Source: Thermomicrobiales bacterium (GTDB lineage: Bacteria; Chloroflexota; Chloroflexia; Thermomicrobiales; CFX8). From it: a stretch of 64,000 nt of DNA. How positions within the stretch are numbered: the first letter of the stretch is position 1; every line of letters begins with the position of its first letter. The position numbers and the translations under genes were made by a program. The DNA is taken from contig JBDHWD010000006.1 in NCBI GenBank assembly GCA_039810005.1, positions 707 to 64,706 of the forward strand. The letters are read 5' to 3'. Shown here one piece after another: positions 7,833-18,409 of this stretch. The notes under the pieces are model-generated. The model searched no databases, had not been told where the DNA came from, and was given only the letters and a program-made list of their open reading frames with translations.

Positions 7833-9605
7833 TTACGCCTTCGGCTTGGCGGTGAAGTACATGTCAATCTCGTCCGCCCGGGGCTTCCAGTCGACCTTGT
7901 TGCTGACGCCCCAGACCGAGTGGAACCCCCACATGAAGATCACTGGCGCTTCGTCACGGACGAGGCGCTGTGCCTTCGAGTAGATCTCCTTGCGATGATC
8001 CTGATCGAGCGAGCTGCGGCCCTCATCGAGCAGTGCATCCAGGTCCGGGTTGTTGTAGTAGGTGAAGATCGAATCGGTGTGCAGCATGTCCCAGTAGATG
8101 CCGTCTGCATCGAACACGGAATACGAGCCCCAGTTGTATGAGCACATCGGCCCGGCGTTGCCTTCGTTGTGGCGCGTCGTGAAGACGTTGCCGTCGCTGA
8201 GTGTCTCGAACTCGACGCGGATACCAACGGCGGCGAGATCGCGCTGCATTGCCTGGTCGACCTGATCCTGGTTCGGCATCGAGGACGGCCCACGCACCCA
8301 CTTCACATCAATGCCATCCGGGTAACCTGCTTCGGTCAGCAGCTGCTTGGCTTTGTCCGGATCGTATTCGTGCGGCTCGATTGATGGATCGAAGCCGAAG
8401 TGCATCGGGTTCAGCATGGCCGGTGTGCGATCGCCGCCTGGTTGCAGCGCATCGATGTAGCCCTGGATATCGCACGCATGGTTCGCGGCGTGACGGACCT
8501 TCACATCCTGGAACGGATTCGGGCCGGAGCGCCCCATCGCGTCGAGGCGCGTAATGCCAACGCGCAGAATCGCTTGCGTGATCGGCGTCGCGACGCCCGA
8601 ATTCTCAACCGCTTTCATCTGGTCGAACGGGACGACGCGGACGATATCGACGTTGCCGGCCAGCAGCTCAGCGAGCTGCGTCGGAACGCCCGGCACGAAG
8701 CGCAGAATCAGATCTTTGTATGCGGGCTTGACGTCCGGATTCCAGTAGTCGTCGTTGCGGGTGAGAACAAGCTCCTGGCCGTGCTTCCACTCAACAAACT
8801 TGTACGGGCCGGAGCCGACAGCGTTCTCTGCCAGCCACTCATCGCCCTTCTCCTGCGCCAGCTTCTCGGGGATCATCTGGAAGTTCTGCAGGCGCTCAAC
8901 GAAGATCGGATAGGGCTCCTTCGTGTTGACGTGGACGGTGTAGTCATCGACGATATCGACGCCGGCGATCTGGGCATGGTTGCCCAGCTGCGGGCTCTTC
9001 TGGTCAGGGTTGATAACGCGGTCCCAGTTCCACTTGACCGTCTCAGCAGTGAAGTCGTCGCCGTTGTGGAACTTCACGTCCTGGCGGAGCTTGATCTCCC
9101 AGACGGTCGGCTCGATGTTCTCCCAGCTCTCGGCGAGCCACGGCTCGATCAGGTTCGTTTCCGCGTTGCGCTCTCCGAGGTTGTCGTGGGTGTGATAGAA
9201 GGCGATGATGCCGGTGCGCAGGTTGTGCATGTGCGGATCCATCGTCGGCAGGTCGGACTGGTCGAGGATGACCCGCAGCGTCCCGCCTTCGCCGCCAGCG
9301 TCGGTGCTGCCTTCGCTCTCGCCGGTCGTTGCCTCAGCTGGCGCGTCTGTCGCCCCAGCTGGCGCGTCCGTCGCCTCCGCGGGGGCACTGGTTGCCGCCC
9401 CGCCGCCGGTAGTGCCGGAGTTGGCGGAATTGCCGTCATCGTCGTCGCCACCGCATGCTGCCAACAGGCCAGCGACTGAGCCTGCGCCAGCCCAGACCAT
9501 CATGGCCCTCATCAATGTGCGTCGGTCGATTCTGCCTTCGCGATAGAAGCGCTGCCAGTTTGCATAGATTTTGTCATTGATCTGCTGGCCAGTCAGGTCG
9601 CTCAC
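7833..9605 (-). CDS. ABC transporter substrate-binding lipoprotein, family 5 (peptide/nickel type)
   Basis: 590 aa. Twin-arginine-like RRTLMRAMMVWAGAGSVAGLLAACGG lipobox, a low-complexity linker, then an SBP_bac_5-like body. Confidence 0.8.
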   Translation of the reverse strand: MSDLTGQQINDKIYANWQRFYREGRIDRRTLMRAMMVWAGAGSVAGLLAACGGDDDDGNSANSGTTGGGAATSAPAEATDAPAGATDAPAEATTGESEGSTDAGGEGGTLRVILDQSDLPTMDPHMHNLRTGIIAFYHTHDNLGERNAETNLIEPWLAESWENIEPTVWEIKLRQDVKFHNGDDFTAETVKWNWDRVINPDQKSPQLGNHAQIAGVDIVDDYTVHVNTKEPYPIFVERLQNFQMIPEKLAQEKGDEWLAENAVGSGPYKFVEWKHGQELVLTRNDDYWNPDVKPAYKDLILRFVPGVPTQLAELLAGNVDIVRVVPFDQMKAVENSGVATPITQAILRVGITRLDAMGRSGPNPFQDVKVRHAANHACDIQGYIDALQPGGDRTPAMLNPMHFGFDPSIEPHEYDPDKAKQLLTEAGYPDGIDVKWVRGPSSMPNQDQVDQAMQRDLAAVGIRVEFETLSDGNVFTTRHNEGNAGPMCSYNWGSYSVFDADGIYWDMLHTDSIFTYYNNPDLDALLDEGRSSLDQDHRKEIYSKAQRLVRDEAPVIFMWGFHSVWGVSNKVDWKPRADEIDMYFTAKPKA

Positions 9606-10009
9606 ATCGACACCTCCTACCGTTGTGCGTCACAGGCTGGTGCGCCACTCACTATGAGTCGACGCCCATGACTGCTGGCGGATCGTGGATTTGCGGATTG
9701 CCCCGATGCTACGAGTGATTGAGAAATCCGTCAACATCGAAAGATAACGTTCGCGGCAATGCTGATATCCGCGTAAGAGGATGCCGCATATCGCAAGTGC
9801 GAGCAGCATCTAACTGCCTTGCAATGTGCGTTGGGAGGGTGATTCGTATGCGCTTGCGGAACAGGTCGTGATTGCAGGCGACGCACGTGTATATGGTCGC
9901 CGTGCGCTCTGCGTCAACGGACTGCCGCACCAACAGTGTCTGGGGCGTGGGGCTTCCGCCGATGGACCTTCAATGAGGGATGTTCGATGTGCCGGTGTGT
10001 GGGATGGCT

Positions 10010-10040
10010 GGTGCGCAGGCGGACTAGCCGCCTGCGCACC
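10010..10040 (-). terminator. Terminator-like hairpin after the D-aminoacylase gene
   Basis: Perfect 13-bp stem GGTGCGCAGGCGG/CCGCCTGCGCACC with a 5-nt loop, 7 nt downstream of the stop at 10048-10050. No clear U tract. Confidence 0.5.
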
Positions 10041-10047
10041 CAATCAG

Positions 10048-11694
10048 TTAGCGTCGACCAGGGCCGTCGACGATGCGGCCCGGCATTGCGCCGGTGTGCT
10101 CGCTGTCCTTGAGGACGCGGCCACCGTTGACCCAGACATCGCGGATGCCGGTCGAGAGCTGGTGTGGATCGGTGAACGTTGAGTTGTCGCGCACCGTCTC
10201 CGGATCGAAGACGACGACATCAGCCAGCATGCCCTCGCGCAGTAGACCGCGATCGCGCAGGCTCAGCCGGTCGGCGACCGACGACGTCATCTTGCGGATG
10301 GCGTCCTCTAGCGTGATGACACCCTCGTCGCGGACGTAATGACCGAGAACACGAGTGTAGGTGCCGTAGGCGCGTGGGTGGGTCGGGTTGGTCTGGCCGG
10401 TCGGGTCGATGCCTCCGGCGTCGGTGCTGATCTTGATCCACGGCTGCTTCAGCTGCCGGCGGACGTTCTCCTCGCTCATCATGAAGAAGATCGTCGAGAT
10501 GCGGTGCCCCTCGGACAGCAGCAGCGCGCGGACAGTATCCGGCCACTCCTCGCCGCGCATTTCGGCAATCTCCGGCAGGCGCTTGCCGATGTACTGACGG
10601 TTCTCTTCCTTCACGAAGCCGACCGGCATGACGCCTTCGAGATTCTGCGAGCGCGACATCGACGGTGCCTCGCGCGGCGGGTCGATCATCTCGGCGCGCA
10701 TGATCGCCCAGGTGCGCTCATCGGCGAGATTGTCGAAGAGCTTGCCGCCTTCGGACGCCCAGTTCGGGACGAGCGTCGTTAGTCCAGTGCCGCTGGCGAC
10801 ATACGGATACATGTCCGACGTGATGTCGATGCCCTCGGCGCGTGCCTCGTCGATCATTTCCATCGCGCGCGGCATCAGCTCCCAGGTCTGCTTACCGGAT
10901 GCCTTCAGGTGATAGACCTCGACCGCGACGCCTGAGCGGCGACCGATCTCGATTGCCTCGGCCATGCCTTCCAGCAGCAGGTCCGCCTCGGAGCGCAGGT
11001 GCGTGATGTAGACGCCACCATGTGAAGCGATCACCTTGCAGACCTCAACCAGCTCGTCGGTCGTGGCGTACGAGCCCGGCGGGTAGATCAGCGCAGCCGC
11101 GATGCCGAATGCGCCATCGCGCATGCACTCGTCCATGACCTTCGTCATCGTCGCGAGCTCGTCGCTGGTCGCCTCGCGCATGTCCCAGCCCATGGCGTAC
11201 TCGCGGATTGTCGCGCCGCCGACGAACGAGCCGATGTTGACCGAGACCCCGCGCTGCTCGATCGCTTCAAGCCAGGCGCGGAAGTTTGACCAGCCGCGAG
11301 CCCGTTCGGTCCACTCGTCGGTCACCTCGGACGCGACGATCGACGAGCGCAGCGGGCTGGTGATGCGTCCGCCAAATGGCGATGGCGTCCAGCCTTCACC
11401 CATGATCTCTGTCGTGACGCCCTGGGTGACCTTGGAGAGCGATCGGCCCTCGGCGAAGAGCGGCATGATCGAATGCGACTGGATATCGATGAAGCCGGGG
11501 CAGACGACATGGCCGGTCGCGTCAACAACCTCGGCCGCGCTGGTTGGATCAATGTGGCCGGCCGGGGCGATTGCGGCGACCTTGTCGCCGGCAAGCGCGA
11601 CATCGCCGTAGAACCACGGGTTGCCGGTACCATCGATAATCCTGCCGCCCCGGATCAGTACGTCATAGGTCGAAGCCACCAGATTCCCCTTCAC
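10048..11694 (-). CDS. N-acyl-D-amino-acid deacylase (D-aminoacylase) family amidohydrolase
   Basis: 548 aa. N-terminus DVLIRGGRIIDGTGNPWFYGDVALAGDKVAAI...PGFIDIQSHS, typical of D-aminoacylases. Metal-binding amidohydrolase fold. Confidence 0.7.
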   Translation of the reverse strand: MKGNLVASTYDVLIRGGRIIDGTGNPWFYGDVALAGDKVAAIAPAGHIDPTSAAEVVDATGHVVCPGFIDIQSHSIMPLFAEGRSLSKVTQGVTTEIMGEGWTPSPFGGRITSPLRSSIVASEVTDEWTERARGWSNFRAWLEAIEQRGVSVNIGSFVGGATIREYAMGWDMREATSDELATMTKVMDECMRDGAFGIAAALIYPPGSYATTDELVEVCKVIASHGGVYITHLRSEADLLLEGMAEAIEIGRRSGVAVEVYHLKASGKQTWELMPRAMEMIDEARAEGIDITSDMYPYVASGTGLTTLVPNWASEGGKLFDNLADERTWAIMRAEMIDPPREAPSMSRSQNLEGVMPVGFVKEENRQYIGKRLPEIAEMRGEEWPDTVRALLLSEGHRISTIFFMMSEENVRRQLKQPWIKISTDAGGIDPTGQTNPTHPRAYGTYTRVLGHYVRDEGVITLEDAIRKMTSSVADRLSLRDRGLLREGMLADVVVFDPETVRDNSTFTDPHQLSTGIRDVWVNGGRVLKDSEHTGAMPGRIVDGPGRR

Positions 11695-11773
11695 TCACTC
11701 GACTGCCTCGCCGGGCATTATCGACGATGGCATCGTATTCGCAACTGGAGAAGAGATCGTTGGAGGTGACCGA

Positions 11774-12502
11774 GTGACCGATAACCCACGTCCGTGGCCC
11801 GTGCCCAACCGCCCGTGGCTGATGCGACAGAACTGGCACGACATCCTGTTCATGCACTGGTCGGTGCCGCTCGCAGACCTTCGGAGGGTGGTGCCGCCGC
11901 AATTGCCATTGGATGTCTATGACGGCTCTGCCTGGATCGGCATTGTGCCGTTTCGCATGTCCGGCGTGCGTCCGCGGCTCGTACCGCCGATGCCACTGAT
12001 ATCGGCCTTCCCTGAGCTGAATGTGCGGACCTACGTGACGATCGACGACAAGCCGGGCGTCTACTTTTTCTCGCTCGATGCAGCGAATCCGCTTGCTGTC
12101 GTTGCAGCCCGGCGGCTTGATCTGCTCTATCAGTACGCCCGCATGTCGTGCGAATGGCGCGACGGCTGGGTGGAGTACGACAGCGAACGGTTGGGTAATG
12201 CGGCTGTCCCGGCGCGTCTGTCAATGCGCTACCAGCCGGCTGGTGACGTCTTCATCGCCAAGCCCGGCAGCCTTGAAGACTTCCTGACACGACGTTACTG
12301 CCTCTATGCCGTCGGTCGACATGATGAGGTCAGTCGGCTGGAGATCGACCACGTCCCCTGGCCACTGCAGCCGGCGCGCGCCGAGATCCGGCTCAACACG
12401 ATGGTTAAGCCGCTTGGCTTGCAGCTCCATGGTGATCCGCTGCTCCACTTCGCGCGCCGGATGGAGATGGTTGCCTGGTGGCCGCAGGCGATCGAGGTCT
12501 GA
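11774..12502 (+). CDS. DUF2071 (YqjF-like) family protein
   Basis: GTG start 7 nt after GGAGGTGA. W-x-M-x-Q-x-W-x-D-x-L-F-x-HW and FPELNVRTYV motifs. Confidence 0.65.
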   Translation: MTDNPRPWPVPNRPWLMRQNWHDILFMHWSVPLADLRRVVPPQLPLDVYDGSAWIGIVPFRMSGVRPRLVPPMPLISAFPELNVRTYVTIDDKPGVYFFSLDAANPLAVVAARRLDLLYQYARMSCEWRDGWVEYDSERLGNAAVPARLSMRYQPAGDVFIAKPGSLEDFLTRRYCLYAVGRHDEVSRLEIDHVPWPLQPARAEIRLNTMVKPLGLQLHGDPLLHFARRMEMVAWWPQAIEV

Positions 12503-12505
12503 GCC

Positions 12506-13483
12506 TTACCGCCGCCGCAGGCCGCGCAGAAGGAACAGCACGTTCGCCGGCCGCTCTGCCAGGCGGCGCATCAGGTAGAAGTACCACTCCGAGCCATACG
12601 GCGTCGCGACAAGCACCCGCTGCCCTCGCTGAACCAGATCCAGCTGGTACTGGCTGCGGATGCCGTAGAGCATCTGAAGCTCGTACTGCTCGTTCGTCAG
12701 CTCATGCTGCCTCGCGAAGGCGATGACGTGATCGATGATGCGCTCGTCGTGCGTAGCGATTGCGGTGAAGCTGTTGGCGGTCAGCATTCGTTCGGCGAGC
12801 TGAATGTAGGCCGCGTCGACATCGGCCTTCTTCTGGTGCGCCACCGTCGCCGGTTCCAGATACGCGCCCTTCACCAGCCGCAGGTTCGGCTTCAGCGGCA
12901 GCAGCGACTCCAGATCGCCCGGTGTCCGGAACAGCGCCGACTGCAGGACGGTGCCGACGTTCTCGTGGCCGGCCTCGCGTAGCCGTCGATAAATCCGGAG
13001 CGTCGGGTCGACGCGCGCCGACTCTTCCATGTCAATGCGAATGAAGTTGCCGAGCGTGGCCGCGTGCCTGACCAGCTGCTCGACGTTGGCGTAGGCAATG
13101 TCCTCTCCCAGGTCAAGACCGAGATGGGTGAGCTTCAGCGCAATGTTCGTCTGCAGCCCTTCGGCGGCGATCCGATCGAGGACCGCTTTGTATTCGGCTA
13201 CGACCGCAGCGACCTCGCGTTCGTCGCGGACTGCCTCGCCGAGCAATGTCGTGTTGGTGCGCAACCCCTGCTCGTTCAGTCGCCGCAGCACCGGCACCGC
13301 CGCGTCGAAGTCCTCACCCGCAACGAAGCGTGACCCGCCAAGCTGCATCCCATAGCGGCGAACGCCACTGGCAACCAGCCGATTGTGCGTCGCGGCGAGG
13401 ATGCCTTTGCGGAACAAGGGATTGGCGACCGACGAGAGCCTGGTTGCGATCGGATCGAACATCGTCGTGACCACAGACGCCAC
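12506..13483 (-). CDS. Proline dehydrogenase (monofunctional)
   Basis: 325 aa, PRODH TIM-barrel pattern (LKLTHLG, IRIDMEES, VKGAY, ATHD, FQMLYGI-like ELQMLYGI). Confidence 0.8.
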   Translation of the reverse strand: MASVVTTMFDPIATRLSSVANPLFRKGILAATHNRLVASGVRRYGMQLGGSRFVAGEDFDAAVPVLRRLNEQGLRTNTTLLGEAVRDEREVAAVVAEYKAVLDRIAAEGLQTNIALKLTHLGLDLGEDIAYANVEQLVRHAATLGNFIRIDMEESARVDPTLRIYRRLREAGHENVGTVLQSALFRTPGDLESLLPLKPNLRLVKGAYLEPATVAHQKKADVDAAYIQLAERMLTANSFTAIATHDERIIDHVIAFARQHELTNEQYELQMLYGIRSQYQLDLVQRGQRVLVATPYGSEWYFYLMRRLAERPANVLFLLRGLRRR

Positions 13484-13550
13484 TTCGGAGTGTCCCTTTC
13501 AATGCTGGTCGGTCAGTCGCCGAAGCAACCGACCGACCACGTTCTGCCTG

Positions 13551-15107
13551 CTACAGCAGCTCACCGATCGACTTGGCCTCGACGAAGGCCATCAGGTAAT
13601 CCGGACCTCCACCCTTGGTGTTGGTGCCGCTCAGCTTCATCCCGCCGAACGGGTGGACGCCCATCATCGCGCCGGTGGACTTGCGGTTGAGATAAAGGTT
13701 GCCGACCTCGAACTCCTCGCGCGCCTTCTCCAGCTTGGCGCGATCCTTCGCGTAGACTGAGCCGGTCAGCCCGTACTCGGAGTCGTTGGCAACCTCCAGC
13801 GCGTGGTCGAAGTCGCGCACCTTGACCAGTGCCAGCACCGGTCCGAAGACCTCCTCGCAGGCAATCCGCGAGTCTGGCGCGGCGTCAGCAATGATCGTCG
13901 GCTCGATGTAGTAGCCCGCATTATCCAGCGCGCTGCCACCGAGAACGAGACGACCCTCGTCCTTGCCGATCTCAATGTACTTCAGGATCGACTCATACTG
14001 GCGCTTGTCGACGACGGCACCCATCGTTGCCGTGCCTTCAACGCCGGAGCCGACCGAGACGGTCTCCTTCGCGCGGGCGACGATGCGATCGACCATCTCA
14101 TCGTAGACATCCTGATGGATCAGGGCGCGCGAGCAGGCCGAGCACTTCTGGCCGCTGAAGCCGAACGCCGACGTGACGATGCCGGCCGTGGCTGCATCGA
14201 GATCAGCGTCAGCATCGACGATGATCGCGTCCTTGCCGCCCATCTCGGCCGTCACACGCTTCAGCCAGCGCTGGCCGGGCTGCACCTTCGCGGCGTTCTC
14301 ATAGATGCGCACGCCGACATCCTTCGAGCCGGTGAAGGCGACGAAGCGCGTCTTCGGATGCTCAACCAGCGCGTCGCCGATATCCGACCCACTACCGGGC
14401 AGGAAGTTGACGACGCCAGCCGGTACGCCGGCCTCCTCCATCGCCTCAACCATCTTGTAGCCGATGACGGGCGTGTTGCTGGCCGGCTTCAGGATCACGG
14501 CGTTGCCTGCTGCGACCGGAGCCATCGTCATACCGGTCAGAATCGCGCAGGGGAAGTTCCAGGGCGGAATGATGACGCCGACGCCGAGCGGGACGTAGAC
14601 CATCTCGGTCGCTTCGTCGGGCAGGTGCGCCAGCGGCACCGGCTGGGCGAGCTCAAACGCCTTGCGGCCGTACCACTCCAGGAAGTCGATCGCCTCGCAG
14701 ACCTCGCCATCGGCCTCGTCCCAGGGCTTGTCGAGCTCGAAGACCATCCATGCAGCCAGCTCCAGCTTGCGGCGGCGCAGGATAGCAGCCATCTTGAACA
14801 GCGTGCTGGCGCGGCCCGTCGCCGACATCTTCTTCCATGACTGGAACGCACAGGTCGCGGCTTCGATCGCGTCTTCAACGTCCTGCGGTCGCGCCTTCGC
14901 GACCTCGCCGACGACCTCGTCCGGCTTACCAGGATTCGTCGATGTAATCCATTCGCCCGTCTCGCGGCGCTCCCCACCGATAACCAGTGGGTAGCGCTTC
15001 CCGAGTTGCGAGCGAACATCATCCAGCGCGGCCTTCATCGCCGCGCGGTTTTCCTCGATCGAGAAATCGGTAGAGGGTTCGTTATGAAACGCTGCACGAA
15101 GTGCCAT
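13551..15107 (-). CDS. L-glutamate gamma-semialdehyde (1-pyrroline-5-carboxylate) dehydrogenase
   Basis: 518 aa aldehyde dehydrogenase. Motifs FTGS, EMGGKD and GQKCSACSR (catalytic Cys). Adjacent to PRODH. Confidence 0.85.
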   Translation of the reverse strand: MALRAAFHNEPSTDFSIEENRAAMKAALDDVRSQLGKRYPLVIGGERRETGEWITSTNPGKPDEVVGEVAKARPQDVEDAIEAATCAFQSWKKMSATGRASTLFKMAAILRRRKLELAAWMVFELDKPWDEADGEVCEAIDFLEWYGRKAFELAQPVPLAHLPDEATEMVYVPLGVGVIIPPWNFPCAILTGMTMAPVAAGNAVILKPASNTPVIGYKMVEAMEEAGVPAGVVNFLPGSGSDIGDALVEHPKTRFVAFTGSKDVGVRIYENAAKVQPGQRWLKRVTAEMGGKDAIIVDADADLDAATAGIVTSAFGFSGQKCSACSRALIHQDVYDEMVDRIVARAKETVSVGSGVEGTATMGAVVDKRQYESILKYIEIGKDEGRLVLGGSALDNAGYYIEPTIIADAAPDSRIACEEVFGPVLALVKVRDFDHALEVANDSEYGLTGSVYAKDRAKLEKAREEFEVGNLYLNRKSTGAMMGVHPFGGMKLSGTNTKGGGPDYLMAFVEAKSIGELL

Positions 15108-15186
15108 AGTGATCTGGTGTCCCTTTCACGCCACCAAGTGGCTCACCGGCGAGCCACTTTTCCACCTCTAAGCGTACGTCGGGCTG

Positions 15187-18100
15187 CTAGTCTCCGACGA
15201 CTCGAACCCTGGATGACGCAATTGCGTCGTTCAGCGCTCGCACCTCAGTATCCCGAATAGCTGCAAGGCGGGCTTTCGCCGATTCAAGCTGCTCGCTCAG
15301 CTCCGCGAATACGTCGCGTGCTTGTTGGGGCGGAGCGTAATCTGCTCCGTCGACAGAGTTGAATAGCGCATTCAGCTTCTCATGAAGTCCGCTCGGCCAA
15401 AGCTGTGCTTGATGGATGTTGACATCGATCAGGGTCGGCAGGATTTCGCGAAGCTGTTCCTCTACAGAATCAGCGGCCTGGCGGACAGTCTCATTGGATG
15501 TTCGCCGCTGCCAGATGGCTGTCTGGTCGAGCAGCGCGTCAATCTCATTGATTGTCCGATTCGTCTCGCTCAGTCGGTCGCGCAACTCTCGCAGCATATC
15601 CCGCTGGGCGGCCAGGTCAGCGTCGCTTGACTCAATGCGCGGATCGCGCACTACTTCAAATCCTTGCAGGTGGTCGGCACCATCGACCGTCAGCCGTACC
15701 TGATACTGGCCGGGCAAAACGGTTGGGCCGTCGGGCTGGTCCCACGCTTGCAATGCGGCGGTGACTGACTCGGCTCCCATCTCCCGCATGTTCCAGACGA
15801 AGCGGTTGAGGCCGACTGACGTTGTTGGGCGGGGGGCGTGCTCGTCATCACTCCGATAGGTGCGGATCTCGCTGCCGTCACTGTCAAGGATTGAAAGCGC
15901 CAACGGCTCAGTTTGTGTCTCAGCAAGATAGTAGTGGATGGCGACACCTTCGGGCGGATTCTCGCCTGCGGTAAGGAGTTGTCTGCCCGTTGTTCCGTCT
16001 GGTTGGTCGACTGGGTCAAAGAGCACCTGACTTGTGCCGGCCGAGCCGTAATTCACAACACCCTTGACGGGCGCACCGCCAAACCCGCGATAGCGCCGCA
16101 AACGGACGCTGGGCTTCGGCGCAAAGAGCCGTGCTGCCTCAGTGCCTGACTCCTGCGCGAGCTGCCGCAGGACGGTGACGTCATCAAGAATCCAGAATGA
16201 GCGTCCGTGAGTCGCGATTACCAGCTCGTCACCCTTCACGACCAGATCGTGAACCGGTACGACTGGGAAGTTCCCACTCACGCGCTGCCACTGCCCGCCG
16301 TCATCAAACGAGACGTACAGGCCCGATTCGGTGCCCGCGTAAAGCAGGCCGCGCACCTGTGGATCTTCGCGGATCACACGGGTGAAGTCGTCCGCCGGAA
16401 TCCCGTTTGTGATGAGTTCCCAGGTTTCGCCGTAGTCGCTGGTCTTGTAGAGATAGGGCTTCGTGTCGTCGAGCTTGTATCGCGTAGCCGCCAGGTAGGC
16501 GATTCCGTCTTCGTGCGGCGAGAGCTCGATGATGGAGATGAGCGCCCACTCGGGAAGATCGCTCGGTGTAATGTTCTGCCAGTTCCGACCACCATCTTCC
16601 GAGATATGGACCAGCCCGTCGTCCGAGCCTGCCCAGAGCATTCCCGGCTGAGTCGGTGATTCGGCTAGCGCGAAGATTGTGCAGTACACCTCCGCGCCGG
16701 TGTTGTCGCGAGTGATTGGGCCGCCCGACGGAACCAGCTTTTCCGGATCGTTCCGTGTCAGATCTGGACTGACCACTTCGAAGCTTGAGCCCAGGTCGCG
16801 CGAGCGGAACAGCTGATTGCCCGCGACATAGAGGTCGTGCGGGGGATGCTGAGAGAACATAATGGGAAAGGTCCACTGCAGCCGATACTTCAGGCTTTCC
16901 GCTCCGGCCCCCCAGCCATACAGCTCTGGCCAGACGGTAATGTTGCGGATTTGGCCGGTGCGATGGTCGTAATGCGTCATGATGTCGTTGTAGGCGCGTC
17001 GGCCGGCCGGGCCGGAGGCGATGACGTGCCAGGGCTCGTCTGGCTTGATGGCGATATAGCCACTCTCGCCACCACCCGGCGCATACCAGCCGCGCTCGTG
17101 GATGGCACCGTCGGTTGTCGAGCTCGGAACGCTGATCGCGCTGTTATCCTGCTGCGATCCGTAGACGCGATACGGAAACTGGTCGTCGGTTATGACGTGG
17201 TAGAGCTGCGCCGTTGGCTGGTTGTAAATGCTCGACCAGGTGGCACCACCGTTGAACGATACACAGGCGCCGCCATCGTTTCCTTCAATCATGCGCTGGT
17301 TATCGAGCGGATCGATCCAGAGCGCATGGTCGTCGCCGTGTGGCGTGGGGATGCGGTCGAAGCTGGCTCCGCCGTCGATCGATTTCCAGAGGCTGTAGTT
17401 CTGGACGTAGACCGTGTCCGGGTCCTGCGTGTCAGCCGTAATGTGCATGTAGTACCAGGGACGGGTGCGCAGCAGTGCCTGCTCGCTGAGGCGAATCCAG
17501 GTGTCGCCATAGTCGTCGGAGCGGAATACAGCACCGTCTTCGGCCTCGACCAACGCCCAGACACGGCCCGGCTTCGCTCGTGAAGCAACGACGCCGATCT
17601 TGCCCAGCAAGCCCTGGGGCAGGCCGGAGTTGCGGGTGATCTCCTCCCACGTATCTCCACCGTCGAAAGAGCGCCAGATTCCCGAATCTTCTCCGCCATT
17701 GACCAACGTCCATGGATAGCGTTGGACCTGCCAAACGGCGGCGTAGAGGATGCGCGGGTTGGTCATGTCCATCGAGACGTCGTGTGAGCCGGCGCGATCG
17801 CTCTTATAGAGAACCTTCTCCCATGTCTCACCGCCATCGGTTGTCCGGTAGACGCCGCGTTCCTCGTTCGGTCCGTACGCATGACCGAGTGCGGCGGCGT
17901 AGGCGACATCAGGGTTTGTTGGGTGGATCTGGATCTTGCCGATGTGGCGCGTATCAGCCAGGCCGACATTTCGCCAGCTCCGCCCCGCGTCAGTCGACTT
18001 GTAGATTCCATCGCCGTGGACGACGTTGCCGCGGATACTCGTCTCGCCCATGCCGGCGTAGATCACGTTCGGGTCCGACTCGGCGACAGCCAGCGCTCCG

Positions 18101-18333
18101 ACGGCTGCTGTATTGAAAAAGCCATCCGAGATGTTGCGCCAGGTCAGACCGCCATCCGTGGTCTTCCATACCCCGCCCGCACATGCTCCGAAGTAGAAGA
18201 CCTGTCGATCGCTCGGATCCCCTGCGACAGCCACGACACGGCCACCGCGATGCGGCCCGATCAAGCGGAATTCCAGCCCGCTAAGCGTACGTTCTACGAT
18301 CGCCGACGATTGTTCCGATTGCGTACTTGACAC
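15187..18333 (-). CDS. Large Asp-box (BNR) / sortilin-VPS10-like beta-propeller protein
   Basis: About 10 S-x-D-x-G-x-T-W Asp boxes (TTDGGLTW, STDAGRSW, TTDGGETW, SFDGGDTW, SDDYGDTW, SEDGGRNW, TSDYGETW, SFDDGGQW...). The GTG start at 18333 lies 9 nt after GGAGG. The upstream part of the long ORF overlaps the peptidase gene. Confidence 0.6.
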   Translation of the reverse strand: MSSTQSEQSSAIVERTLSGLEFRLIGPHRGGRVVAVAGDPSDRQVFYFGACAGGVWKTTDGGLTWRNISDGFFNTAAVGALAVAESDPNVIYAGMGETSIRGNVVHGDGIYKSTDAGRSWRNVGLADTRHIGKIQIHPTNPDVAYAAALGHAYGPNEERGVYRTTDGGETWEKVLYKSDRAGSHDVSMDMTNPRILYAAVWQVQRYPWTLVNGGEDSGIWRSFDGGDTWEEITRNSGLPQGLLGKIGVVASRAKPGRVWALVEAEDGAVFRSDDYGDTWIRLSEQALLRTRPWYYMHITADTQDPDTVYVQNYSLWKSIDGGASFDRIPTPHGDDHALWIDPLDNQRMIEGNDGGACVSFNGGATWSSIYNQPTAQLYHVITDDQFPYRVYGSQQDNSAISVPSSTTDGAIHERGWYAPGGGESGYIAIKPDEPWHVIASGPAGRRAYNDIMTHYDHRTGQIRNITVWPELYGWGAGAESLKYRLQWTFPIMFSQHPPHDLYVAGNQLFRSRDLGSSFEVVSPDLTRNDPEKLVPSGGPITRDNTGAEVYCTIFALAESPTQPGMLWAGSDDGLVHISEDGGRNWQNITPSDLPEWALISIIELSPHEDGIAYLAATRYKLDDTKPYLYKTSDYGETWELITNGIPADDFTRVIREDPQVRGLLYAGTESGLYVSFDDGGQWQRVSGNFPVVPVHDLVVKGDELVIATHGRSFWILDDVTVLRQLAQESGTEAARLFAPKPSVRLRRYRGFGGAPVKGVVNYGSAGTSQVLFDPVDQPDGTTGRQLLTAGENPPEGVAIHYYLAETQTEPLALSILDSDGSEIRTYRSDDEHAPRPTTSVGLNRFVWNMREMGAESVTAALQAWDQPDGPTVLPGQYQVRLTVDGADHLQGFEVVRDPRIESSDADLAAQRDMLRELRDRLSETNRTINEIDALLDQTAIWQRRTSNETVRQAADSVEEQLREILPTLIDVNIHQAQLWPSGLHEKLNALFNSVDGADYAPPQQARDVFAELSEQLESAKARLAAIRDTEVRALNDAIASSRVRVVGD

Positions 18334-18409
18334 GAATTCGGTTCCTCCCCTGAGAATCGTTTCGTCGATTCCTGACGAGTGTTCGCTCAATCTGATCTGA
18401 CGACACTGT

